Source: an uncultured Acidobacteriota bacterium (GTDB lineage: Bacteria > Acidobacteriota > UBA6911 > RPQK01 > JAPXNP01). Taken from it: a DNA stretch of 64,000 nt. The position numbers and the translations under genes are program-made. How positions within the stretch are numbered: the first letter of the stretch is position 1; each line of letters begins with the position of its first letter. The DNA lies in the NCBI GenBank assembly GCA_964524795.1, contig CAZGEH010000016.1, positions 6,889 through 70,888 on the forward strand, in the 5' to 3' direction. This document shows, piece after piece, positions 48,506 through 57,729 of the stretch. A model generated the notes under the pieces. The model ran no database searches. It was not told the origin of the DNA and saw only the letters and a program-made list of their open reading frames with translations.

Positions 48506-50215
48506 ATGAAGACTGTCTGCATTTTTGCCTGTACGGCGTTGCTGTTGCTGGGCGTGTCAGTGGTGGCCCAGAATCCGGTTACCGTTGAACTGAATCCGTC
48601 CAAGGACAATACTCTCTACCAGACCAGCACCGGCAACCTGAGCAACGGCGCCGGCGATGCCTTCTTCTCGGGCCGGACCGGCCCCAACGCCGGTAATCGG
48701 ATCCACCGGGGGGTCCTGGCTTTCGATCTGAACCAGATCCCGGCCGGTTCGACGGTCACGGCGGTCAGTCTGCGGCTGCGAATGAGCCGGACCGCTCAGA
48801 ATACCAACCAGAACATCTCGCTCCACCGCCTCAACCGGGACTGGGGAGAAGGGACCTCGAACGCCGGCGGTGAGGAAGGCGCCGGGGCGCCGGCAACGAC
48901 CGGTGACGCTACCTGGCTGCACAACTTCTTCAACACTTCGTTTTGGACCAACGCCGGCGGTGACTTTCAGGCCGCCGCCTCCGCCACCACCGCCGTCGGT
49001 GCGGTGGGCGACTACACCTGGCAATCCCAGGGCCTGATCGATGACGTTCAGGGGTGGGTCAACAATCCCGCTTCCAACTTCGGCTGGGCGGTGATCGGCA
49101 ACGAGGCGGTGAGCCAGACCGCCAAGCGTTTCAACAGCCGGGAGGCAGCCGCGGGAAAGCCTCTCCTGACGGTGACGTATACCCCACCCGCCCAGGCGGA
49201 ACCCGGTGTGCTGGAACTGACGCAGGCCCAGATCGAGGTCGCCGAGTCGGCAGACATCATTCAGATCGGCGTGCGCCGGACGGGGGGGACGGATGGAGAG
49301 GTTTCGGCGGCTTTCAACACCGCCGACGGAACGGCGACCGCGGGTGAGGATTACGTGGCCGCCGCAGGACGGGTGACGTTCGCCGACGGTGAGGGCGGCA
49401 CCAAGTTCATCCCCATCCAGATCCTGGACGAACCCGCCCAGCAGCCCCAGCGCTTCGAGGGCATCGAGACCTTCCAGGTGGTGCTCAGCGATCCCGCCGG
49501 CGGGGCGACTCTCGGCGCGGTGACCACCACCGAAGTCCGGATCAACGATGAAGAGGATCTTTCGCTGAGCCTCCACTTTCCCCAGTTCGGCAATGGGCAG
49601 GGCTTCATCAGCCAGATCTTCCTGTTCAACCTCGACGACACCCTCAGCGCCAACGCGCGGATCCTCGGGCGCACTTCCCAGGGCGACCCGTTTGTGCTCG
49701 GCGGACAGCCGCTGGACCAGGTGGTGGAGGTCGCTCCCGGCGGTGTCCTGGTGCTGGAGACATCGGGCACTGGTGCCCTGCAGGTGGGATCGGTCGTTGT
49801 CACCTCCGACACCGCCCTCAACGGGGTGATCGTCTTCGGCGGAGCGTTCGGGTTGGCGGGCGTGCAGGCGGGTCCGGAGTTCTCCCAGGGCTTTGGGGGC
49901 CCGGTGGATACCCGGTTGCCGCAGAATATCCGCACGGGAGTGGCTCTCCAGAACCTGCGGCAGGAGGACGCCGTTTATCCCGCCCAACTGGTGAACGGAG
50001 CCGGAGAGGTGATCGCGGAGGCCGCCCTGGAGGTGCCCGGATTCGGTCAGAGCCCACAGTTCATCGATGAAATCGAATGGGATCGGCAGGTGGACTTTTC
50101 GTCGTTCCAGGGAACCCTCCGCGTCCAGGGTCAGGGGCTGTCGGCGGTAATGATCCAGAACCGGCTGGTAGGCGGCGTTTCGCAGTTCGCCACGGTGCCG
50201 GTGGCGGGGCAGTAG
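48506..50215 (+). CDS. Secreted DNRLRE-domain plus Calx-beta-domain protein
   Basis: SKDNTLYQ...GVLAFDL...FNSRE....PLLTVTY (DNRLRE); VRRTGGTDGEVS....TADGTATAGEDY (Calx-beta). Confidence 0.75.
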   Translation: MKTVCIFACTALLLLGVSVVAQNPVTVELNPSKDNTLYQTSTGNLSNGAGDAFFSGRTGPNAGNRIHRGVLAFDLNQIPAGSTVTAVSLRLRMSRTAQNTNQNISLHRLNRDWGEGTSNAGGEEGAGAPATTGDATWLHNFFNTSFWTNAGGDFQAAASATTAVGAVGDYTWQSQGLIDDVQGWVNNPASNFGWAVIGNEAVSQTAKRFNSREAAAGKPLLTVTYTPPAQAEPGVLELTQAQIEVAESADIIQIGVRRTGGTDGEVSAAFNTADGTATAGEDYVAAAGRVTFADGEGGTKFIPIQILDEPAQQPQRFEGIETFQVVLSDPAGGATLGAVTTTEVRINDEEDLSLSLHFPQFGNGQGFISQIFLFNLDDTLSANARILGRTSQGDPFVLGGQPLDQVVEVAPGGVLVLETSGTGALQVGSVVVTSDTALNGVIVFGGAFGLAGVQAGPEFSQGFGGPVDTRLPQNIRTGVALQNLRQEDAVYPAQLVNGAGEVIAEAALEVPGFGQSPQFIDEIEWDRQVDFSSFQGTLRVQGQGLSAVMIQNRLVGGVSQFATVPVAGQ

Positions 50216-50304
50216 AACCCTGTCCCACCGTGCGGGGCGCATGCGGTCGGGACCGCTCTGGGGCGGGACGCCGCGTATCCTGCCCCGTGCTATGCTGGCC
50301 CGCC

Positions 50305-51474
50305 ATGGAGGCGTTGGTGCTCAGAACCGGCGAAGACCGGCGTCTGCGCTCGGGCCATCTGTGGGTATTCTCCAATGAGGTGCAGGCGCACCCCGCCGCC
50401 GGTCCGGGTGAGACCGTGGAGGTGCTGACCGCTGGAGGGCGTTCGCTGGGCCTGGCGCTGTACCATCCCCATTCGCTGATCTCCGCACGGCTGTTGGGAG
50501 CCTCCCCCGAAACCGAGCTCGATGAAGCTTTCTTCGTGGGCCGGATCCGGGAGGCCGCCGTGCTGCGGGAGCGACTGTTGCCTGGAGAGAGCTCGTACCG
50601 CCTGGTTCATGGCGAAAGCGATCTCCTCCCCGGGCTGATCGTCGACCGCTACGGAGAATACTTCGTCGTCCAGGCTCTGTGCGCGGGCATGGACCGCTGG
50701 CTCGACACGGTGGTGGCGGCTCTGGTGAGGTTGTACCGGCCGAAGGCCGTCATCGAGCGCAACGAGGTGGGACTGCGTGACTACGAGGAACTCCCGCGAC
50801 GCAAGGGGGTCCTGTCCGGAAGCTGGGATGGTCCGATCGAAATCGAGGAATGCGGCCTGCGCTACCAGGTGGATCTGCTGGAAGGGCAAAAGACCGGCTT
50901 TTTCCTGGACCAGAAGCTGAACCGGCAGGCTGTCGCCCGGCTGTGCGAGGGCCGCAGGGTGCTGGACTGCTTCTGTCACGCCGGAGGCTTCGCGCTGCAC
51001 GCTGCGCGCGCCGGTGCCGCGGCGGTGACCGCGGTGGACGCATCGGCGCCGTCGCTGGAGCTGGCGGCGGCCAATGCCCGGCTCAATGGCCTGGACGGGG
51101 TGGAGTTTGTGGCCTCCGATGTCTTTGGTTTCCTGCAGGACGCTGCGGCGAAGGGGCGTACCTACGACGTTGTCATCCTCGATCCGCCCTCTTTTGCTCC
51201 GCGACGCAAGGACTTGCCGCGAGCCTGGAAGGCTTATCGGAAGCTGAACGAACTGGGGCTGCGCTGTGTGTCCACCGGCGGCATCCTGGCATCCGCTTCC
51301 TGCAGCTACCATCTCCCGGAGGAGGAGTTCTTTCGGGCGGTCACGGAAGCCGCCGCCCGTTGCGGACGCCGGCTCCAGCTTCTGGAACGGCGGGGTGCGG
51401 CTCCCGACCATCCGGTGCTGCCGGCGATGCCGGAAACGGCATATCTCAAGTTCGGCCTATTTTTTGTCCGCTGA
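50305..51474 (+). CDS. rlmI: RlmI-like class I SAM-dependent rRNA methyltransferase
   Basis: GHLWVFSNE (PUA), ESDLLPGLIVDRY, GQKTGFFLDQ, ILDPPSF, SCS. Confidence 0.82.
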   Translation: MEALVLRTGEDRRLRSGHLWVFSNEVQAHPAAGPGETVEVLTAGGRSLGLALYHPHSLISARLLGASPETELDEAFFVGRIREAAVLRERLLPGESSYRLVHGESDLLPGLIVDRYGEYFVVQALCAGMDRWLDTVVAALVRLYRPKAVIERNEVGLRDYEELPRRKGVLSGSWDGPIEIEECGLRYQVDLLEGQKTGFFLDQKLNRQAVARLCEGRRVLDCFCHAGGFALHAARAGAAAVTAVDASAPSLELAAANARLNGLDGVEFVASDVFGFLQDAAAKGRTYDVVILDPPSFAPRRKDLPRAWKAYRKLNELGLRCVSTGGILASASCSYHLPEEEFFRAVTEAAARCGRRLQLLERRGAAPDHPVLPAMPETAYLKFGLFFVR

Positions 51475-51557
51475 GCCGGCAGGGATTTTGGCCGGTCGGA
51501 CACGCCGTCGGGTCGGGGGATCGTCCCACCGGCCGCGATCCAGTACACTTCCCACCG

Positions 51558-52343
51558 ATGTCCCGACATATCAAGGAGCTGTTCGACTTGTCGGGCCGGG
51601 TCGCCCTGGTGACCGCCGGTACCGGCTCCGGTTGCGGCCGCCAGATTGTGGAGGGGCTGGCTGAGGCCGGCGCCAAAGTGGTTCTGACCTCACGCTGCCT
51701 GGAACGGGCCGCCGCGGCCGCCTCCAGCTTTCGCGCGGCAGGGCTGGATGTGGAAGGCGAGGTCCTGCTCCCGGGAGACCCGGACTCGACCCGCCGGCTG
51801 GTGGCCTCCGTCACCCGACGCCACCGACGTCTGGATATCCTGGTGAACAATGCCGGCGTCAACCTGCTGAAGCCTCTCGAGGCCGTGGCCCCTGCGGAGT
51901 GGGAGTCCATCCTGCGCATCAACCTCACGGCCGCCATGCTGCTGAGCCGGGAGGCGGCGCCGGTGATGCGCGAGGCCGGTTCCGGGGTCATCCTGAACGT
52001 GGCCAGCATTTATGGTGTGGTTGCTGCCGATCCCTCCCTGTACGGCACCTCCGGGCTGGACAGCCCGTTGGTCTACGGCGTCTCCAAGGCGGGACTGATC
52101 CAGATGACACGCTATCTGGCAGTCCGCTGGGCGCCGGAGATCCGGGTAAACTGCATCAGTCCCGGCGGACTGGGGGCCGCCCAGCAGGCGGATTTTGTGG
52201 ATCGCTACACCGCCCGCACCCCGTTGCGGCGCATGGGCGGACCCGACGACCTGAAAGGCGCGGCGGTGTTTCTGACCTCCGATGCCTCGGCATGGGTCAC
52301 CGGACAGAATCTCCTGGTGGACGGCGGCTGGACCCTCTGTTGA
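51558..52343 (+). CDS. SDR-family oxidoreductase
   Basis: LVNNAG, NVASIYG, YGVSK (YxxxK), VNCISPGG, LLVDGG. Confidence 0.88.
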   Translation: MSRHIKELFDLSGRVALVTAGTGSGCGRQIVEGLAEAGAKVVLTSRCLERAAAAASSFRAAGLDVEGEVLLPGDPDSTRRLVASVTRRHRRLDILVNNAGVNLLKPLEAVAPAEWESILRINLTAAMLLSREAAPVMREAGSGVILNVASIYGVVAADPSLYGTSGLDSPLVYGVSKAGLIQMTRYLAVRWAPEIRVNCISPGGLGAAQQADFVDRYTARTPLRRMGGPDDLKGAAVFLTSDASAWVTGQNLLVDGGWTLC

Positions 52344-52389
52344 CCCGTCCCCGAAGCCGGGACACCTACCCTGCGGCGAACCGAAGTTC

Positions 52390-53292
52390 ATGCAGTATCG
52401 CAAATTCGGCCGACTGGACTGGCAGGTTTCCCGGCTGGGCCTGGGCTCAGCCGGTCTGGCGACGCGTTACGGCTTCCTTTTTCCCGGCGAACTCCCGGTC
52501 CCCGACCGCCGGGAGGCCCTACGACTGCTCGACGCCGCGCTCGATGCCGGCATCAACTTCATCGACACCTCTCCCACGTACGGTGACGCCGAGCGGTTGA
52601 TCGGGGAAGCCCTCAGAGGACGCCGTCATCGGGTCTACGTGGCCACCAAGGTGTGGCCCGATCCTCCATCCCTCCCGCGGCAGATCGACGACCGCCTGCG
52701 GGCCCTGTCGGCGGACTGCCTCGATCTTGTCCAGCTCTACAATGCGACGGCCGGCCAGCTCGAGGCCGGTACCGGGCTGGAGGAGCTGGTCCGGGCCCGG
52801 GACCAGGGCAAATTGCGGGCAATCGGAGTGACCGTTTACGAGCTCGAGGCGGCCCGGCGGGCGGCAAGCCTCCAGGAGGTCGCGGCCATCCAGTTGCCAT
52901 TCAACCTGCTGGACCGGAGGATGGAGCCTTTCCTCGGAGGCCTGGATGCAGGCTCGACGGCGGTGGTGGGACGTTCCGCGCTGCTAAAGGGCGTTTTGGG
53001 CCCGCGCGCCCGGGTGCTGCCGCCGGACTTGGCCTGGCTGCGGGAAGCCGTTGAGGGGTTGGAAGCGCGGCTGACCCGCCAGGGCAGCACGCTGCTGGAA
53101 GCGGCCCTGTCATACGTCCTCTGCCATCCCGCTTTCTCCACGGTGCTGGTCGGCGTCCGTTCCGAGGGAGAACTGCTGCAGGCGTTGGCGGTTGAACGCC
53201 GTCCGGGCAAGGCCCGCATTGCCGGCAGACTCGATCCCCTGCCCCCCCTGGAGCCTGAACTCCTCGACCCGCGCCGCTGGCGCGGGAGCTGA
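52390..53292 (+). CDS. Aldo/keto reductase
   Basis: SRLGLG, GINFIDTSPTYG.AE..IG, VATK, DLVQL. Confidence 0.82.
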   Translation: MQYRKFGRLDWQVSRLGLGSAGLATRYGFLFPGELPVPDRREALRLLDAALDAGINFIDTSPTYGDAERLIGEALRGRRHRVYVATKVWPDPPSLPRQIDDRLRALSADCLDLVQLYNATAGQLEAGTGLEELVRARDQGKLRAIGVTVYELEAARRAASLQEVAAIQLPFNLLDRRMEPFLGGLDAGSTAVVGRSALLKGVLGPRARVLPPDLAWLREAVEGLEARLTRQGSTLLEAALSYVLCHPAFSTVLVGVRSEGELLQALAVERRPGKARIAGRLDPLPPLEPELLDPRRWRGS

Positions 53293-53613
53293 CAGCGCCC
53301 ACCCGCACCAGCCTCCAGGCGTCGTAAGCCCTTCAAAGTGTATAGCTTTTCCCCTCCAGCCTAATCTCCGATCCCGAAGCCGACGATGTGTTAGGCGTGT
53401 CGCCCCGGCGCGCGATACTGGCACGGGAGAGGCGGGGTGACTGGACGCTGGGGAGGGTCCTCTGTGACGGGAGACCGCCATCCGACATTCCCTCTTTTCA
53501 GCAGGGACCACCTTGCTGGGAGGGGGTGGACGGACTCGGGTTCCGGTCCTTCGATTCCGCCTGGCCTGTAAGCGAGAGGGGCGAAGCGTGCCCGGAACCT
53601 GGAGCAGCCTTCC

Positions 53614-54594
53614 ATGATCATCAGCCGGACTCCGCTGCGCATCAGCTTTTTCGGCGGCGGCACCGATTTCCCGGAGTTCTTCCGGGAGCAGGGGGGCGCC
53701 GTCCTGGGAACCGCCATCGACAAGTACATCTACCACTGCGTCACCCGCTTTCCGTCGGAGCTGTTCGACTATTCGATCCGGCTGGCCTATCGCCGCACCG
53801 AATGTGTCCGCAGCATCGAAGAGATCGAACACCGTCCGTTCCGGGAGATCCTGAGGCACTTCGGCCTCGAGAAGGACGTCGAAATCTCGCTGGCCGCGGA
53901 CCTGCCCGCCTTTTCCGGTCTGGGCTCCTCTTCCAGCTTTACCGTGGGGTTGGCCAACGCCCTGTCCGCCTTTACCGGCAAATTCATCGCCAAGGACGCC
54001 CTGGCCCGGCTGGCGATTCATCTGGAACGGGACGTCATGCAGGAGACGGTGGGATGGCAGGACCAGATTTTCGCCGCATTCGGTGGTCTCAACGTCATCG
54101 AGTTCGAGCCGGGCGGCGGTTTCAACGTCCACCGGATCACCCTCACAGCCGAACGGCAGCGGGAGCTCGAAGAGTCGATCCTGCTCTTTTTTACCGGGAT
54201 CACCCGCCGGGCGGCTGCGCTGGAACAGTGCAAACTGAACTGCCTGGAGCGGATCCGTGAAAACCTGCTGCGCATGTACCGCCTGGTGGAACGGGCCCAT
54301 AATGTCCTGACCGGCAACGGCCCGCTCAGCGGATTCGGCCGGCTTCTGCATGAAAGCTGGCTGGAGAAGCGCTCATTGGCGTCCGAGGTCAGCAATGGCA
54401 GGATCGATCACATGTATCAGCTCGGCATGGATGCCGGAGCACTGGGGGGCAAGCTGCTGGGAGCCGGCGGTGGCGGCTTCATGGCGTTTTTTGTCCCCAA
54501 AGAGCGGCAGGAGTCGGTGCGGACCGCCCTGCGCGGGCATTACGAGATTTCCTTCTCCATGAACGCCCCCGGCAGTACCATCGTCCATTCCTGA
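53614..54594 (+). CDS. hddA: D-glycero-alpha-D-manno-heptose-7-phosphate kinase-like GHMP kinase
   Basis: SRTPLRISFFGGGTD, SGLGSSS, GWQDQ, GGKLLGAGGGGF. Confidence 0.8.
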   Translation: MIISRTPLRISFFGGGTDFPEFFREQGGAVLGTAIDKYIYHCVTRFPSELFDYSIRLAYRRTECVRSIEEIEHRPFREILRHFGLEKDVEISLAADLPAFSGLGSSSSFTVGLANALSAFTGKFIAKDALARLAIHLERDVMQETVGWQDQIFAAFGGLNVIEFEPGGGFNVHRITLTAERQRELEESILLFFTGITRRAAALEQCKLNCLERIRENLLRMYRLVERAHNVLTGNGPLSGFGRLLHESWLEKRSLASEVSNGRIDHMYQLGMDAGALGGKLLGAGGGGFMAFFVPKERQESVRTALRGHYEISFSMNAPGSTIVHS

Positions 54595-54603
54595 GGTCCG
54601 GCA

Positions 54604-55536
54604 ATGAAGATCCTGGTCACCGGCGGTGCCGGCTACATCGGTTCAGTGCTCGTTCCGGAACTGCTGCGCGCGGGTCATTCGGTCACGGTGGTGGATGATT
54701 TCCGTTTCCACCAGTCCTCGCTCACCGACTGCTGTCACGACGACCGCTTCGAGGTGGTCCGTGGGGACTGCCGCGACGAGTCCCTGATGGGGAAGCTGGT
54801 GGCCCGCCACGACGCGGTGATCCCGCTGGCGGCGGTGGTGGGCGCGCCGGCCTGCAAGGCGGATCCGGTGGCGGCGCGTACCATCAACCAGGATGCCGTT
54901 GCCCTGCTGTGCCGTCTGGCCTCGGCCAGCCAACCCATTCTGCTGCCGGTCACCAACAGCGGTTACGGCATCGGGGAAAAGGACCGGTTCTGCACGGAAG
55001 AAACCCCGCTGCGCCCCATTTCGCTTTACGGCGTGACCAAGGTGGAGGCTGAGAAGCTGGTCATGGAGCGGGAGAACAGCATCAGTTTCCGCCTGGCCAC
55101 GGTTTTCGGGATGTCGCCGCGGATGCGGGTCGACCTCCTGGTCAATGACTTCGTCTACCGGGCGGTCCATGATCGGGCGGTGATCGTCTTCGAAGGGCAT
55201 TTCAAGCGCAACTACATCCATATCCGGGACGTAGCCAGGGTTTTCGTCTTCGCTCTCGAACATTTCGACAGCATGAAGGGCCGCCCGTACAACATCGGGC
55301 TGGAGGACGCCAACCTCTCCAAGCTGGAACTTTGCGCTCTCATCCGCCGTCATCTGCCGCAGTTCGTTTACCTCGAGGCGCCGATCGGCGAGGACCCGGA
55401 CAAACGGGACTACATCGTTTCCAACCAGCGGCTGCTGGCGACCGGCTTTCGGCCGGATTGGGACTTGGACCGGGGGATTCGGGAGCTGATCAAGGGTTAC
55501 ACCATCCTGCGCAACACCCGCTATGGGAATGTGTGA
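54604..55536 (+). CDS. GDP-heptose C4 dehydrogenase-like NAD-dependent enzyme (C. jejuni Cj1427-like)
   Basis: TGGAGYIGSVL, IPLAAVVGAP.C, TNSGYGIGEKD..CTEETPLRPIS.YG, SPRMRVDLLVNDF, GEDPDKRDY match my recollection of Cj1427. Confidence 0.8.
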   Translation: MKILVTGGAGYIGSVLVPELLRAGHSVTVVDDFRFHQSSLTDCCHDDRFEVVRGDCRDESLMGKLVARHDAVIPLAAVVGAPACKADPVAARTINQDAVALLCRLASASQPILLPVTNSGYGIGEKDRFCTEETPLRPISLYGVTKVEAEKLVMERENSISFRLATVFGMSPRMRVDLLVNDFVYRAVHDRAVIVFEGHFKRNYIHIRDVARVFVFALEHFDSMKGRPYNIGLEDANLSKLELCALIRRHLPQFVYLEAPIGEDPDKRDYIVSNQRLLATGFRPDWDLDRGIRELIKGYTILRNTRYGNV

Positions 55537-56294
55537 TGACCTCAAGAAGGGCGGTGATCCTGGCGGGTGGCCTCGGCCTGCGGATCCGGCATCGGCTGGC
55601 CGGCGTGCCCAAGCCTATGGCCCCGGTGGCGGGACGACCTTTCGTGGAATGGGTGGTCCGTTGGATCCACCAGGCGGGAGAGGTGGACGAATTCGTGCTC
55701 TCAACCGGGTATTTGGCGGAGGTGGTCAAGGCGCACTTCGACAGTTTCACGCACCCACGGATCCGGGTTCGGTGCTGCGCCGAGCCCCGTCCACTGGGCA
55801 CCGCCGGAGCCTTTCTGCACTGCGTGACTTCGGATGCCCGGCCGGCGCCGGCAGCGTGGCTGGTGGCCAACGGGGATTCCCTAGTCCTGGCCGACCTGCG
55901 GCCGTTGTGGCGGGCGCTGGACGATGCTTCCTGCAACGGGGCTCTGCTGGCGGTCCGGGTACCGGATGCATCCCGGTTCGGTACCGTCGAGACCGCAGCC
56001 GACGGCACTCTGGCCGGTTTTCGGGAGAAGCGTCCTGGCCGGGGACTGGTCAATGCCGGCATCTATGTGTACCGCCACCAGCTCCTGCGGGATTTTCCCC
56101 CAACTTTGCCGTTGAGTTTCGAGACCGAGGTCTTTCCGGCTCTGGTGCCACACCAACGGATCGCCGTGGTGGAAACGTGCGCTCCATTCCTGGACATCGG
56201 CACCGAGGAGACCCTGGGGGAAGCCGAAGCTTTCCTCAGGATGCACCGCCACCGGTTCGGCCTGCCACGGGAGAGCAACCACAATGAAGGTTGA
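55536..56294 (+). CDS. hddC: Heptose-1-phosphate guanylyltransferase-like nucleotidyltransferase
   Basis: ILAGGLG.R....PKPMAPVAGRPF, PLGTAGA, NGDS, VNAGIY, FLDIGTEE. Confidence 0.7.
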   Translation: MTSRRAVILAGGLGLRIRHRLAGVPKPMAPVAGRPFVEWVVRWIHQAGEVDEFVLSTGYLAEVVKAHFDSFTHPRIRVRCCAEPRPLGTAGAFLHCVTSDARPAPAAWLVANGDSLVLADLRPLWRALDDASCNGALLAVRVPDASRFGTVETAADGTLAGFREKRPGRGLVNAGIYVYRHQLLRDFPPTLPLSFETEVFPALVPHQRIAVVETCAPFLDIGTEETLGEAEAFLRMHRHRFGLPRESNHNEG

Positions 56295-56814
56295 GGAATC
56301 CGCTCGCATCCGGGATCTGAAGATCATCCAGCCGACGGTCTTTCACGACTTTCGCGGCGAGTACGTCGAGACCTTTCACGCCGACCGATATCGCTTCACC
56401 AGGGCGGACGGAACTCCCCTGGTGTTTGTGGAGGACGACGTTTCGGTGTCCCGCAAGGGTGTCCTGCGCGGCCTGCACGGCGACTGGAAAACCTGGAAGC
56501 TGATCCAGTGCGTGTACGGGGCGATCTACTTCGTGGTCGCCGACATGCGGCCGGATTCGCCCACTTATCTGAACTGGCAGGCATTCGCCGTCAACGACCG
56601 CAACCGGCAGCAGATCCTGGTGCCTGCCGGGTGCGCCAACGGCCACCTGTGTTTGAGCGAGACCTGCATTTTTTCGTACAAGCAGTCCGAGTACTACACC
56701 GGCGCCGCCGACCAGTTCACCGTCCGCTGGGACGATCCCAAACTGGCGGTCTGGTGGCCGGTCCGCGATCCCATTCTGTCGCGGCGTGACAGCGCGGCGG
56801 AGTTCCTTCCTTAA
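56284..56814 (+). CDS. RmlC-like NDP-sugar 3,5-epimerase (C. jejuni Cj1430-like)
   Basis: DFRG, LRGLHGD.KT.KL..CVYG, DSPTY, DQFTVRWDD, PILS.RD. Confidence 0.82.
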   Translation: MKVEESARIRDLKIIQPTVFHDFRGEYVETFHADRYRFTRADGTPLVFVEDDVSVSRKGVLRGLHGDWKTWKLIQCVYGAIYFVVADMRPDSPTYLNWQAFAVNDRNRQQILVPAGCANGHLCLSETCIFSYKQSEYYTGAADQFTVRWDDPKLAVWWPVRDPILSRRDSAAEFLP

Positions 56815-56820
56815 GCGGCG

Positions 56821-57729
56821 ATGAGGATTCTGGTGTTCGGGGCCAGCGGGTTTGTGGGACGGCATCTGGTCCGCCGCCTGCACCGGCAGGGTCACACCGT
56901 CGTGGCGCCGGATTCCCGGGAAGTCGATCTGACACGGGTCCGGCTGGAAGACTGGGACCCGGCGGAGAGCTTCGACCGCATCTACCATCTGGCCGCCTGG
57001 ACCCGGGCAGGCGAGTTCTGTGCGACCCACGGCGGCGAGCAGTGGATCGTCAACCAGCGGATCAACACCAACGTGCTGGCCTTCTGGGCCCGGCGTCAGC
57101 CTCAGGCCCAGATGATCACCCTGGGGACCAGCGTGGCCTATGCCGAAGATGTGGAACTGGTGGAGGACAACTACCTGCGGGGATTGCCCATCGAACGGTT
57201 CTACGGTTACGCCATGACCAAGCGCATGCTGCTGGTGGGACTCCAGACCCTGCACCGGCAGTACGGGTTACGGTACCTGTACGCCATACCTTCGACGATT
57301 TACGGCTCCGACTACCATCGGGACGGGCGGCCGCCGCACTTCATTTACGACTTGGCCCGCAAGATCCTGCGGGGCCGGAAGCTGGGTGAGCCGGTGGTGC
57401 TATGGGGCGACGGGTTCCAGCGGCGGGAGCTGATCCACGTGGAGGATTTCCTGCCTTTGCTGGACCGGCTGGCGGAACTGGAGGTTTCGGACTCGTTCAA
57501 TTTGGGGGCGGGAGAAGAGCACACGATCCGGGAGTTCGCGGCCCTGATCTGCGAGGAGGTGGGCTTCCGGCCGGAGGAGATCCGGTACGACACCTCCCGG
57601 TATGTTGGGGTGCGGTCGAAGTGTCTGTCGGTGGAAAAGGCCCGCCGGGCGCTGGGAGAGTACCGGTTGCGTCCGTTGCGGGATGGCCTGCGGGAGACGG
57701 TGCGGTGGGTGGAGGAGGTGGGACTATGA
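56821..57729 (+). CDS. NAD(P)-dependent NDP-4-keto-sugar reductase/epimerase (Fcl-like)
   Basis: GASGFVG, HLAA, YAMTK (YxxxK), WGDG...RE.IHVED. Confidence 0.75.
   Translation: MRILVFGASGFVGRHLVRRLHRQGHTVVAPDSREVDLTRVRLEDWDPAESFDRIYHLAAWTRAGEFCATHGGEQWIVNQRINTNVLAFWARRQPQAQMITLGTSVAYAEDVELVEDNYLRGLPIERFYGYAMTKRMLLVGLQTLHRQYGLRYLYAIPSTIYGSDYHRDGRPPHFIYDLARKILRGRKLGEPVVLWGDGFQRRELIHVEDFLPLLDRLAELEVSDSFNLGAGEEHTIREFAALICEEVGFRPEEIRYDTSRYVGVRSKCLSVEKARRALGEYRLRPLRDGLRETVRWVEEVGL

Noticed and set aside
53293-53613. Possible ops/JUMPstart element or sRNA before the heptose genes
   Set aside because: No GGCGGTAG-type ops match or convincing conserved structure was seen.
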